Source of the DNA: Candidatus Latescibacterota bacterium
GTDB lineage: Bacteria; Latescibacterota; UBA2968; UBA8231
Length of the DNA stretch: 64,000 nt
Assembly: GCA_963422735.1 (NCBI GenBank)
Contig: OY730476.1
Span: 3,232,001-3,296,000 of the forward strand
Direction: 5' to 3'
Part shown: piece by piece, positions 45,947 to 55,949 of the stretch
How the letters are laid out: each line of letters starts with the position of its first letter
Numbering within the stretch: position 1 is the stretch's first letter
Translations under genes and position numbers: made by a program
The notes under the pieces: model-generated
Databases searched by the model: none
The model's input: only the letters and a program-made list of their open reading frames with translations
What the model was told of the DNA's origin: nothing

Positions 45947-47284
45947 ATGGACAGTGCGCAAAGCAGCATCCGCGAGGCCCCGGCTCATTTTGGTGGCCTC
46001 TTACGCAATATCGGTCCCGGCGTCATTGTCTCTGGGTCGGTGGTTGGCTCGGGCGAGTTGTTGGTGACGACGCGGATGGGAGCTGAGGTCGGCTTTGTCT
46101 TTCTCTGGGGCGTGATCTTGGCCTGTTTGGTCAAATTTGCGATTCAGCTCGAATTGGGTCGGCAGTGCCTGTTGCGCAAGAGCAGTACCGTGCAAATCCT
46201 CGACCAAGTGCCGGGCGTGCGCTGGCGCGGCACTTCGTGGATCGCGTGGCTCTGCGTGGTAGGCTACTTCTCGGTGACGGTGGCCGTCATCGGCATCTTG
46301 GGGTCGGTGGCCGGGCTGATGGTCGCGGTTTTTCCCTTTGCGTCCGAACAGGTATGGGCGGTAGTCATTTTCCTCGCCATGTCGGTCTTGCTCTGGCGAG
46401 GATTGTACGGCGACTTGGAGAAAATGGTCTCCGCGCTGGTGGCGACCTTTAGCTTGGTCGTCGTCGGATCGGTGCTCGCACTGCAAGGCACGAGCTACGC
46501 AATCAGCAGCGCACAAATCGCCTCGGGCTTCCGCTTTGCCATGCCGGCCGAAGGCGCGTTTGTGGCTTTGGCGGTGATGGGATCGGTCGGCGCGACCGCA
46601 GTCGAGCTTTTCATGTATCCCTATTGGATCGTGGAAAAAGGCTACCCGGATTTCGTCGGGCCAAAAGACAATAGCCCCGAATGGCAGGCGCGCTACCGGG
46701 GCTGGATGCGGGTCTTGATTGCGGATGCGGGCGTGTGTACGGGCATCGCACTGGTGGTCACTTGCGCGTATTACCTGCTGGGCGCGTCGGTGCTCAATCA
46801 GCTACAAGTCTTGCCCGAAGGCATGAAGGTCGTCGAGCAAGTCTCGCTAATTTTCACCGAGAGCATCGGCGGCTGGGCGTACTATCTCTTTATGTTTGGG
46901 GGATTTTGCACGCTCTTTTCCACACTGCTGGTTTTCGCCGCTTCTTCGGGGCGGATCGGCGCTGACTTCCTGCGGCAACTAAAGGTGAGCGCGTTTGCCG
47001 GAGAAGAGGGCTACCGCCGCTGGATCCGCATTTTCCAGATCGGCTTCCCGTTTGGGTGGCTGCTCTTCATATTGTTCGACCCGCGCACCCTCGACTTTGT
47101 GCTCAAAGGGGCCAACGCCAACAATCTGTTGCTCATCCCCATGGCCTACGGGGTGCTGCACTTGGCCATGCGCACACCCGCGGACGAGCGCATGGCACTG
47201 AAGACCGAACTGGCACTGCTCTTCACCATCTGGGCCATCATCAACTTCACGGCGATCAATCTGTTTCAGCTATCTGGGCACTAG
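45947..47284 (+). CDS. Nramp-related (YcsG-like) APC-fold secondary transporter
   Basis: IGPGVIVSGSVVGSGEL, KFAIQLELGR, ~11 TM segments; lacks the DPGN motif of true MntH. Confidence 0.75.
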   Translation: MDSAQSSIREAPAHFGGLLRNIGPGVIVSGSVVGSGELLVTTRMGAEVGFVFLWGVILACLVKFAIQLELGRQCLLRKSSTVQILDQVPGVRWRGTSWIAWLCVVGYFSVTVAVIGILGSVAGLMVAVFPFASEQVWAVVIFLAMSVLLWRGLYGDLEKMVSALVATFSLVVVGSVLALQGTSYAISSAQIASGFRFAMPAEGAFVALAVMGSVGATAVELFMYPYWIVEKGYPDFVGPKDNSPEWQARYRGWMRVLIADAGVCTGIALVVTCAYYLLGASVLNQLQVLPEGMKVVEQVSLIFTESIGGWAYYLFMFGGFCTLFSTLLVFAASSGRIGADFLRQLKVSAFAGEEGYRRWIRIFQIGFPFGWLLFILFDPRTLDFVLKGANANNLLLIPMAYGVLHLAMRTPADERMALKTELALLFTIWAIINFTAINLFQLSGH

Positions 47285-47422
47285 CAGCAATGAGCTTCGC
47301 CGTTTTAGCATTCTCTCCGATAGTGTCCAACAGGCGGCCCTTTTTTAATTTGCGCGTACGACTCGGCCACGCCGCCGCTTCGCAAAACCCTCATTCCGCT
47401 TCTTAGGGATCCGCGCACCTTA

Positions 47423-47620
47423 CTGACGTTACGCAGCCCTTGAGCCTTGTGCGATGATCCACCAAAGGCCTGAAGGAACACGAAGAATACTCAGGAAACC
47501 CTTCGTGTTCCTTGGTGGATAAACCCAAAAGAAATACCCTACTCGACACGACCACCCCGCTCCCTTGCATCTTGGCACCTTCGCATTAACTCCCTAACCG
47601 CGGACCATGCGTAACATCAA
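47423..47620. mobile_element. MITE-like element with the same terminal repeats but a different internal palindrome; overlaps the hisA 3' end
   Basis: CTGACGTTACGCA ... TGCGTAACATCAA (11/13 match); internal ATCCACCAA...GGAACACGAAG / CTTCGTGTTCCTTGGTGGAT. Confidence 0.7.
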
Positions 47621-48362
47621 TTCCTAACATATCCTCGTAGCGCAGCCCCGTGCCCCCGAAAATATCCAGCGCCGCTCCCACCGTAAAATCCAATTTCCCT
47701 TGGCCGAGCCGGCCGAGAATCTCGATGTCCGCCGCGCAGCACACGCCGCCAGCATACGTCGTTGGGATCGGCGCGATCTCGCCCAGAAGCGCGACGAGTT
47801 CGGCATCGATCCCTTGCTGCTTGCCTTCGACCCCAGTGGCGTGGATGAGGAATTCGCTGCAAGACTCGGCGAGGAGTGCCAAGTTGTCCGCGCTGAGCGC
47901 AAAGTCCGTGGCCTTTTGCCAGCGGTCGGTCATTACCACGTAGCGCCCATCGCGTTTGTTGCAACTGAGATCTAAGACCAGCCGCTCGTGCCCTACCGCA
48001 GCCACCATTTGCGCCAGCCGGCTGTGGTGTATCTGGCCGTCGCTAAAGATATAGGAAGTGACGATCACCTGCGCGGCACCGCGGCTGAGCCAAGCCGCTG
48101 CGTTGTCGGGGCGGATGCCGCCGCCGACCTGTAGGCCTCCGGGGAAGGAGGCTAACGCCTGTGCGGCCGCGTCCTCATTGCCCGGGCCGAGCATGATGAC
48201 GTGGCCGCCGAAGAGCCGGTCGCAGCAATAGCGCGCTGCAAAGTAAGCAGGAGGATGGGGGGCGATGAAGTGGGTTTGAGGGGCGATGCCGTCGCGTAGG
48301 CTGGTGCCGACGATCTGTTTGACCCGCCCCTCGTGCAAATCGATACAGGGCCGAAAGCGCAT
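47586..48362 (-). CDS. hisA: ProFAR isomerase, eukaryote-like (His6 type)
   Basis: FRPCIDLHEGRVKQIVG, GGHVIMLGPGN, VIVTSYIF, LVLDLSC, EFLIHA..VEGK..GID, TVGAALDIFGG. Confidence 0.92.
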   Translation of the reverse strand: MRFRPCIDLHEGRVKQIVGTSLRDGIAPQTHFIAPHPPAYFAARYCCDRLFGGHVIMLGPGNEDAAAQALASFPGGLQVGGGIRPDNAAAWLSRGAAQVIVTSYIFSDGQIHHSRLAQMVAAVGHERLVLDLSCNKRDGRYVVMTDRWQKATDFALSADNLALLAESCSEFLIHATGVEGKQQGIDAELVALLGEIAPIPTTYAGGVCCAADIEILGRLGQGKLDFTVGAALDIFGGTGLRYEDMLGIDVTHGPRLGS

Positions 48363-48366
48363 TGGG

Positions 48367-48405
48367 AGTGGTTAGTGGTCAGTGGTCAGTGATCAGTGAT
48401 CAGTG
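48367..48405 (+). repeat. Heptamer tandem repeat AGTG(G/A)TC, about 5.5 copies
   Basis: AGTGGTT AGTGGTC AGTGGTC AGTGATC AGTGATC AGTG immediately upstream of hisA; related short tracts near 25207 and 50405. Confidence 0.8.
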
Positions 48406-48497
48406 CCCTCCACCCCGCCTTGGGGGTGGGGACTGATCGGTAAGCTCCATTCGACGACATATAAGGTGGGGCGGTGGTGGAGGCTATCCACTATCTA

Positions 48498-49592
48498 CTA
48501 ATCAATGCGATGCTCGGCGAGCGCGTCCTCATCGAGGGTGACGCCGAGGCCCGGGCCGGCTGGCGGGAGGATGTACCCGTCGGCGATGGGCAGCTTTTCG
48601 CGGATGACGTCGCCGCTGTGATAGACACAGCCGTTCACGTCGCTGGCGTAGCCCAAGTTGGGCATGGCAAAGGCGAGGTGAGCTTGCGCTGCTGTGCCGA
48701 TCCCCAGCTCGGGCATACTGCCGATGATACAGGGCAGACGCGCCGCTTCGGCAATGGCGAAGATGTGCGCGGCCGCACCCAAGCCGCCGGCTTCCGACAC
48801 GTACACGTTGAAGACATCGACGGCTTGGTGGCGGACGCAGTTGAGGGCATCGGTTGGAGTCCAAACGCTCTCGTCGGCCATGATGGGCAGCGAGACGCGC
48901 TCGCGGACAAAGCGCAGCCCCTCTAGGTCGTCGGCTGCTAAGGGCTGCTCAACCAACTCCAAGTCAAAATCCGCGATCGCCTCGATGTGGCGCACGGCTT
49001 CCTTCGCCGAGGACCAGCCCATGTTGGCATCTACGCGCAGGACGACTTCGCTGCCGATCGCGCTGCGCACGGCCGCAAGCACGGCTAGGTCGGCGCGAAG
49101 GTCCCGCCCGATCTTTACCTTGAGCGTCTTGTACCCTTGTGCCACTAGGCTCTGGGCTTGGGCGGCGATGGCCTCGGGGTCGCCCATGGACAGCGAATGA
49201 CTCAGCAACACGCGGTCGCGGGCTAGGCCGCCCAGCAGTTGGTAAACGGGTGCGCCGCAGGTTTTGCCGACCAAGTCGTAGAGGGCCATTTCAATGCCGG
49301 CCTTGGCCGGGAAAAAGCGGTGCAGGGCTTGATTCATGCGGTCGGCGATCTCGCGGATGCGGCGCGGGTCCAAGCCGCAGAGCACATCGGCGAGCAGCCC
49401 ATTGATGGCTTCACTTTCCCCGCGTCCGCGGCGGTCCCAGATGCTAGAGGCTTCGCCGAGGCCGGTGAGGCCGGCGTCGGTGTGGATCAAGACGACGGCG
49501 TTTTCAGAGGCTTGGTGCGTACCGAGGCTGCTTTGGAAAGGCTGCGGTCTTGGCACGCGCACGGGTATGGCTTCGACGTGAGTGATTTTCAT
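48498..49592 (-). CDS. Muconate cycloisomerase / dipeptide epimerase-like enolase superfamily protein
   Basis: KTLKVKIG (KxK), RVDANMGW, LVEQP, IMADES, IGSMPELGIG. Confidence 0.85.
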   Translation of the reverse strand: MKITHVEAIPVRVPRPQPFQSSLGTHQASENAVVLIHTDAGLTGLGEASSIWDRRGRGESEAINGLLADVLCGLDPRRIREIADRMNQALHRFFPAKAGIEMALYDLVGKTCGAPVYQLLGGLARDRVLLSHSLSMGDPEAIAAQAQSLVAQGYKTLKVKIGRDLRADLAVLAAVRSAIGSEVVLRVDANMGWSSAKEAVRHIEAIADFDLELVEQPLAADDLEGLRFVRERVSLPIMADESVWTPTDALNCVRHQAVDVFNVYVSEAGGLGAAAHIFAIAEAARLPCIIGSMPELGIGTAAQAHLAFAMPNLGYASDVNGCVYHSGDVIREKLPIADGYILPPAGPGLGVTLDEDALAEHRID

Positions 49593-49596
49593 AAGA

Positions 49597-50160
49597 TCAG
49601 GCGCGGCGATAGATGCTAAGGGAGGTATTGCCGTACGCCCGTTGTTGGTTGAGCGCGAGGTGGCCACTCTGCTCGGGCACGTCCAAGTCGATTTGGTGCT
49701 GCACGAACAGCAGGCCCGCGTCGTTAAAGAGCGGGGATTCCCCAAGGGCTTCGATCAGGCCCAGCAGAAGCGGGGTGCCGCAGTAGCAGGCGTGGTACGG
49801 AGGATCGGCGTACACAATGTCGAAGCGGTGGCCGGCCGTTGCCAACTGAGGGATGAGGTGTTGGGCCTTGACCGAGTGTAGGCCCGCGACGCCGGCCCGC
49901 CATTGGTAGAGTAGTGCGCGGATCTGACGCCGCCGCCGGTGATCTGGCTCGTTGAGCTCGACGCTCGCACCCCGGCTTAGTGCTTCGAGCCCCATCTGGC
50001 CCGAGCCAGCACATAGGTCGAGGAAGGTGCAGCCCCTCAAATCGGGGCCGAGCATGGAGAATACGGCTTCTTTTAGGCGCGTTGAAGTGAGGCGAATTTG
50101 GCGCAGATGTCGCCCGGAGGAAATCTGCCGACCGCGATAGGTGCCAGTGACAATGCGCAC
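49597..50160 (-). CDS. rsmD: 16S rRNA m2G966 methyltransferase-like
   Basis: MRIVTGTYRGR, LKEAVFSML, FLDLCAGSGQMGLEALSRGA, DPPY, RAYGNT. Confidence 0.85.
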   Translation of the reverse strand: MRIVTGTYRGRQISSGRHLRQIRLTSTRLKEAVFSMLGPDLRGCTFLDLCAGSGQMGLEALSRGASVELNEPDHRRRRQIRALLYQWRAGVAGLHSVKAQHLIPQLATAGHRFDIVYADPPYHACYCGTPLLLGLIEALGESPLFNDAGLLFVQHQIDLDVPEQSGHLALNQQRAYGNTSLSIYRRA

Positions 50161-50276
50161 GGGAAAGCCTTGAGTTGGAGTTGATTGAAACGCAAAAGTA
50201 TCGCGGTTGAGACTAGCAGCGTCAAGTTGTGGGTCGTGGACGATGGGGGAGTTTGCAAAGAGTGATTAGTTGTGAT

Positions 50277-50404
50277 TAATAATTATCTCACAAATGCTAG
50301 CAATCCCGCAGGGAACGGCTCCTGTGTCTCAGCCCAGCAAAGGACAACCACAGGGATCGATCCCGATATAAACGACGTATTCAGGGTTTATGAAATAGCT
50401 TCTA
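50277..50404. repeat. Degenerate small element with weak terminal inverted repeats around a decayed REP-like doublet
   Basis: TAATAATTATCTCACAAA versus the reverse complement of TTTATGAAATAGCTTCTA (12/18 match); internal CCTGTG...CACAGG. Confidence 0.4.
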
Positions 50405-50430
50405 ACCACTAACCACATATAACCAAACTA

Positions 50431-51579
50431 ATGATCACAGAACGATACGATGTCATTGTCGCAGGGGCCGGTGGCATGGGCGGTGCCGCGCTGTACCACT
50501 TGGCCCGCCGCGGTGTGCGCGTCTGCGCTGTAGAGCGCTTTGGCATAGCTCACGACCGGGGATCTTCGCACGGAGATACCCGCATTATTCGCAAAGCCTA
50601 TATGGAGCATCCCGACTACGTTCCCTTGTTGCACCGGGCCTACGTGCTGTGGGAGGAGCTAGAGGCCGAAGAAGCGGGGGAACTCTTTGCCCGCGTCGGG
50701 CTGCTCGTGGCGGGCGATCCCAACGCGGAGGCGATGCAGGGGCAGGCAGCTTGTTATCAGGAGCACGACCTGCCGCACGAACCGCTCGATGCGGCAGCCA
50801 TTGCCGCGCGCTATCCAAGCTTGGCCTTGCCCGCGGAGTGGAGTGGCTTTTACGATCCCCTAGGCGGTTTTCTCCATGTCGAGGACTGCGTCCGTCGGCA
50901 TGTCGCGTTAGCCCAAAAGCACGGCGCGAAACTCTACGACGGGGAGGCCATGCGGTCGTGGCGACGCGAGGGCGAAGGAGTGGTAGTGGAAACCGAGCGA
51001 AGGCACCTGCTCGCCGAACGGTTGGTGCTGGCGACCGGGGCTTGGGCGGTGCCGGAGCTATGCCGGCTGGGCGTAGCAGCGTGCGTAGTGCGCAAAGTGC
51101 AGTTGTGGTACCAAGGGCGCGGTGTGGAGCAGTACGCGCGCGGCGCGTTCCCCTGCTTCTTCATCGCCGACGGTGAACACTATTTCTATGGATTTCCCGC
51201 CGAAGCACCGTGGGGCCTAAAGTTGGCCGAGCACAATCTGTCGCACGATCCAGTAGCCGACCCGCTCCAACTCAATCGCGCACTGGCCGCCGGCGATCAG
51301 CCCTATGTCCTCGATTTTCTCGCGCGATTTTTTCCCGCGCTGCAACCAGAACTGAGCAAACACGCCGCCTGCATGTATTCGCTGACGCCGGATAAGCACT
51401 TCGTCTTGGACATCCACCCCGAATGCCCAGCCGTGGTGCTGGGGGCGGGTTTTTCCGGCCACGGCTTCAAGTTCGCGCCGATAGTGGGCGAAATCCTAGC
51501 TGAATTGGTGCTGGAAGGCGATACCAAGCATCCCATCGAATTCCTGCGTCTTTCCCGTTTTGCACAAAGGAGGTCATAA
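50431..51579 (+). CDS. solA: N-methyl-L-tryptophan / monomeric sarcosine oxidase family
   Basis: GAGGMG FAD motif, HDRGSSHGDTRIIR.AY.E, CMYS.TPD (flavinylated Cys), GFSGHGFKF. Confidence 0.88.
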   Translation: MITERYDVIVAGAGGMGGAALYHLARRGVRVCAVERFGIAHDRGSSHGDTRIIRKAYMEHPDYVPLLHRAYVLWEELEAEEAGELFARVGLLVAGDPNAEAMQGQAACYQEHDLPHEPLDAAAIAARYPSLALPAEWSGFYDPLGGFLHVEDCVRRHVALAQKHGAKLYDGEAMRSWRREGEGVVVETERRHLLAERLVLATGAWAVPELCRLGVAACVVRKVQLWYQGRGVEQYARGAFPCFFIADGEHYFYGFPAEAPWGLKLAEHNLSHDPVADPLQLNRALAAGDQPYVLDFLARFFPALQPELSKHAACMYSLTPDKHFVLDIHPECPAVVLGAGFSGHGFKFAPIVGEILAELVLEGDTKHPIEFLRLSRFAQRRS

Positions 51580-52356
51580 ATGGATCTAGGGCTGAAAGGC
51601 AAAATTGCTCTGATAACTGGAGGGAGCCGGGGGATCGGCCGGGCGATTGCGTTGGCACTGGCCAATGAGGGATGCAAGGTGGCGATTTGCGCCCGCGACC
51701 AAGAGCCGCTCGAACGCGCATTGCAACAAGTGCGGGCCACTGGGGCCGAAGCCATCGCCGAGGTCGCCGATGTGCGCTCGCGGTCGGAGGTGGAGGCCGT
51801 TGTCGCGCACTGCGCGGCCGAGTGGGGAGGGGTGGATATCTTGGTCAACAATGTGGGTGGGGCGACCGGCGAACAGAGCTTGCTCGAAACCGATGATGAA
51901 GACTGGGAAGCAACCTTTGACCTAAACGTGTTCCACGCCGTGCGCACGACGCGGGCGGTGCTGCCCTACATGCAGCAGCGAGGCGGGGGCGCGGTAGTGA
52001 TCGTCTCGTCGATCTCCGGGTGGAAGCCCGGGCCCAAGTCCCAGTATGGAAGCGCAAAGGCCGCGGAGATTTTTCTCGCTGGTGCGCTGGCACTGGAACT
52101 GGCCGAATGCGGGGTGCGGGTCAACACCGTCGCGCCGGGGTCAATATTTTTCTCCGGCGGTGGGTGGGCGCATTTTCAGGAGGAGCAGCCCGAGCGTTTT
52201 GCACAGTTTGTGGAGCGGGAGTTGCCCGCCGGGCGCTTGGGGACGCCAGAAGAGGTGGCAGATGTGGTGGCGTTTCTGGTGTCCGAGCGTGCGAATTGGA
52301 TCAATGGAGCGCTGATCCCCGTGGATGGGGCGCAGGGCCGGCCGACGGCTTTTTGA
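51580..52356 (+). CDS. SDR family oxidoreductase
   Basis: TGGSRGIG, LVNNVG, SSISG, YGSAK. Confidence 0.9.
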   Translation: MDLGLKGKIALITGGSRGIGRAIALALANEGCKVAICARDQEPLERALQQVRATGAEAIAEVADVRSRSEVEAVVAHCAAEWGGVDILVNNVGGATGEQSLLETDDEDWEATFDLNVFHAVRTTRAVLPYMQQRGGGAVVIVSSISGWKPGPKSQYGSAKAAEIFLAGALALELAECGVRVNTVAPGSIFFSGGGWAHFQEEQPERFAQFVERELPAGRLGTPEEVADVVAFLVSERANWINGALIPVDGAQGRPTAF

Positions 52357-52374
52357 CGGCGGCCCTGCGCGACC

Positions 52375-52715
52375 ACTAACACCGCCTGCATGTTCTGGTT
52401 GGTAAAAATGGCGGGCATATTGTCGTCGAAGGTCCAGAGAACGTCTGAAAGACAATCCCGCGAGTGGGTTTGTAGGTAGTTGATCAGATCATCCCCGCCA
52501 AGGGCGGCTAAGTCGGAGGATGAGCAGTAATCCGCATACATCTTGGCCGCGGGGCGAGCTGTCTCCTGTTCCAGCGGAGGGATTGTGGATCTACTGCAAA
52601 GCGGAGGTTGCGAAGACTGGCTTTCGCCCGGACGGGGCGCGACTCTTGCTGCGGCCAGACAGGCACTCGATGCCACGAGTAGGGCCGTCAAGATGCCGAT
52701 ATATATGTTATTCAT
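52375..52715 (-). pseudogene. Truncated secreted protein resembling the N-terminus of M9 collagenases
   Basis: Signal peptide, pro-region, then CSSSDLAALGGDDLINYL...CLSDVLWTF....IFTNQNMQAV; the frame then runs antisense into the SDR gene. Confidence 0.45.
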
Positions 52716-52761
52716 TTAGTCCACCTCCAAGATTGTGTTCCGATTCCGCTTGTTTCCGCCC

Positions 52762-53544
52762 TTACCCCTGAAACAGCGACAGCGCCCCATCTACGTACAT
52801 CTCGGTTCCCGTAATATAGCTGGCCTCGTCCGACGCCAAAAAGACAATGGCGTTGGCGACCTCCTCTGCGCTGGCGGCGCGTTGTTGTAGGGGGATCATG
52901 CCTTGGGGGAACTCGCGGGGGATGCGGATCTTGTCGATGTCGCGGGGGAAGGTGTTCTCGCCGATGCTGGTTTTGGTGGCCCCAGGGCAGACGACATTGA
53001 TGCGGATGTCCCACTGCGCTAGTTCGACTGCAGCCATTTTGGCGAAGGTGACTTGGGCGGCCTTGGAGCAGGAATACGAGGTGAAGCCGAAGTTGGAGAA
53101 GATGCGGTTGCCGTTGACCGAGGAGACGACGACGATGCTGCCGCCGCCGGCTGTGCGCAGGTGGGGGATGGCGTATTTAACGGTGAGGAAGGTGCCGCGC
53201 ACGTTGATGTTGTGCGTCTGATCCCACTCGTCGGGGGTGATGTCCTCAATGGGGGCAAAGACCCCGTTGATGCCGGCGTTGGGCACGACGATGTCGAGGC
53301 GGCCCCAACGCTCGACCGCGGCGGCCACCAGCTCGGCGACGTGCTCGGCGTTAGCCACATCGCCGGGCAAGGCCAACGCTTGGCCGCCCAGCCCTTCGAT
53401 TTCGGCTACGGCTTCCTCGCAGCGCTCGGCACGGCGGGCCGTCAGCGCGATCTTGGCTCCTTCGTTGGCCATGGCCACGGCCGCGGCCCGGCCGATGCCG
53501 CTGCTGCCCCCGGTGATGAGGGCCACTCTGTCTTTCAGCTTCAT
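52762..53544 (-). CDS. SDR family oxidoreductase
   Basis: TGGSSGIG, NAGINGV.APIE, SSVNG, YSCSK. Confidence 0.9.
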   Translation of the reverse strand: MKLKDRVALITGGSSGIGRAAAVAMANEGAKIALTARRAERCEEAVAEIEGLGGQALALPGDVANAEHVAELVAAAVERWGRLDIVVPNAGINGVFAPIEDITPDEWDQTHNINVRGTFLTVKYAIPHLRTAGGGSIVVVSSVNGNRIFSNFGFTSYSCSKAAQVTFAKMAAVELAQWDIRINVVCPGATKTSIGENTFPRDIDKIRIPREFPQGMIPLQQRAASAEEVANAIVFLASDEASYITGTEMYVDGALSLFQG

Positions 53545-53627
53545 GTCGATCTCCTAAGTTGACGAAAAAATGTGGGCGGGATATCATTGGAAGCCCTAAA
53601 ATACACCCAGCGAAAGTGGAGACAAGA

Positions 53628-54887
53628 ATGGAAGAAAACGCGAACACGCACTCCCGACCCTCAAAGCTGAAGGTCACGGATATGCGCGTCGCTAATGTGC
53701 GCGGTGCGCCGTTCCGTGCGACGATCATCCGCATCGACACCAACCAAGGCATCTCCGGTTACGGCGAGGTGCGCGACGGCGGCAGCCCGACCTACGCGCT
53801 AATGCTCAAAAGCCGCTTACTCGGCGAAAACCCCTGCAACGTCGATAAGCTCTTCCGCAAGATCAAACAATTCGGCCACCATGCGCGTCAAGCCGGCGGT
53901 GTCTGCGGCGTCGAGATGGCGCTGATGGACCTAGCCGGCAAAGCCTACAATGTGCCGGCCTACCAATTGGCCGGGGGTAAGTTCCGCGACCGAATCCTCT
54001 GCTACTGCGACACCCCCACGCGGCGCGACGGCCGGGAGATGGGACGATTGCTCAAGGAGCGGATGGAGCGGGGGTTTAAATTCCTCAAAATGGACGTCGG
54101 CATTAGGTTGCTGCGGGAAGTTGAAGACGCGCTGATCGCTCCGCCGGGGATGCTGGAAAGCCACGGCATCATGCACCCATTTACGGGTATCCAGATTACC
54201 AACAAGGGCATCGATATCCTCTGCGAATACGTGGCGCAGGTGCGCGAGGTGATCGGCTATGAAATTCCCTTGGCCGTCGATCACTTTGGCCACATTGGCG
54301 TCGAGTCCTGCATCCGCTTGGGCAAGGCACTCGATCCGTTCAGCCTAGCTTGGTATGAAGACATGATCCCCTGGCAGTTGGCCGACCAGTGGCAGCGGCT
54401 CGCCGAAGCAGTAGATACGCCCGTATGCACGGGCGAGGACATCTATCTCAAGGAAAACTTCCTGCCCCTTTTTGAACGGCGTGCCCTTGCCGTCGTCCAC
54501 CCGGATTTGGCCTCTTCCGGCGGGATCCTTGAGACCAAAAAGATCGGCGACCTAGCGCAGGAGCACGGCATTGCCATGGCGCTGCACATGGCCATGTCGC
54601 CGGTGGCGGCGCTCGCTTCGGTGCATTGCGCTGCGGCGACCGAAAACTTCATGGTGCTCGAAAACCACTCGGTCGATCAGCTAGAACAATGGAGTAGCTT
54701 GGTCGAGGGCTTGCCGGTGCCCCTGATTGAGGACGGGCACATTGCGGTGCCAGAGGGGCCGGGGCTGGGCTTTAGCGGCCTCAATGAAGAAGTGCTGCGG
54801 TCGTTTGCCAACCCAGAGCAGCCGGAGATTTTTGGCCCCACTGAGCAGTGGAACGACGAGCGGCCACACGACCGCTTGTGGAGCTAA
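53628..54887 (+). CDS. Mandelate racemase family acid-sugar dehydratase-like protein
   Basis: GYGEVRDG, EMALMDLAGK, KFLKMD, DHFGH, WYEDM, TGEDIY, HPDLASSGG. Confidence 0.85.
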   Translation: MEENANTHSRPSKLKVTDMRVANVRGAPFRATIIRIDTNQGISGYGEVRDGGSPTYALMLKSRLLGENPCNVDKLFRKIKQFGHHARQAGGVCGVEMALMDLAGKAYNVPAYQLAGGKFRDRILCYCDTPTRRDGREMGRLLKERMERGFKFLKMDVGIRLLREVEDALIAPPGMLESHGIMHPFTGIQITNKGIDILCEYVAQVREVIGYEIPLAVDHFGHIGVESCIRLGKALDPFSLAWYEDMIPWQLADQWQRLAEAVDTPVCTGEDIYLKENFLPLFERRALAVVHPDLASSGGILETKKIGDLAQEHGIAMALHMAMSPVAALASVHCAAATENFMVLENHSVDQLEQWSSLVEGLPVPLIEDGHIAVPEGPGLGFSGLNEEVLRSFANPEQPEIFGPTEQWNDERPHDRLWS

Positions 54888-54889
54888 AA

Positions 54890-55948
<1,059 letters not shown>

Positions 55949-55949
55949 C

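Noticed and set aside
45947-47284. MntH manganese transporter
   Set aside because: Lacks the DPGN and MPH metal-binding motifs; only Nramp-related
50270-50293. TTGTGA-N12-TCACAA palindrome as a Rex or CRP site
   Set aside because: Spacing fits neither factor, and it overlaps the end of a degenerate repeat element
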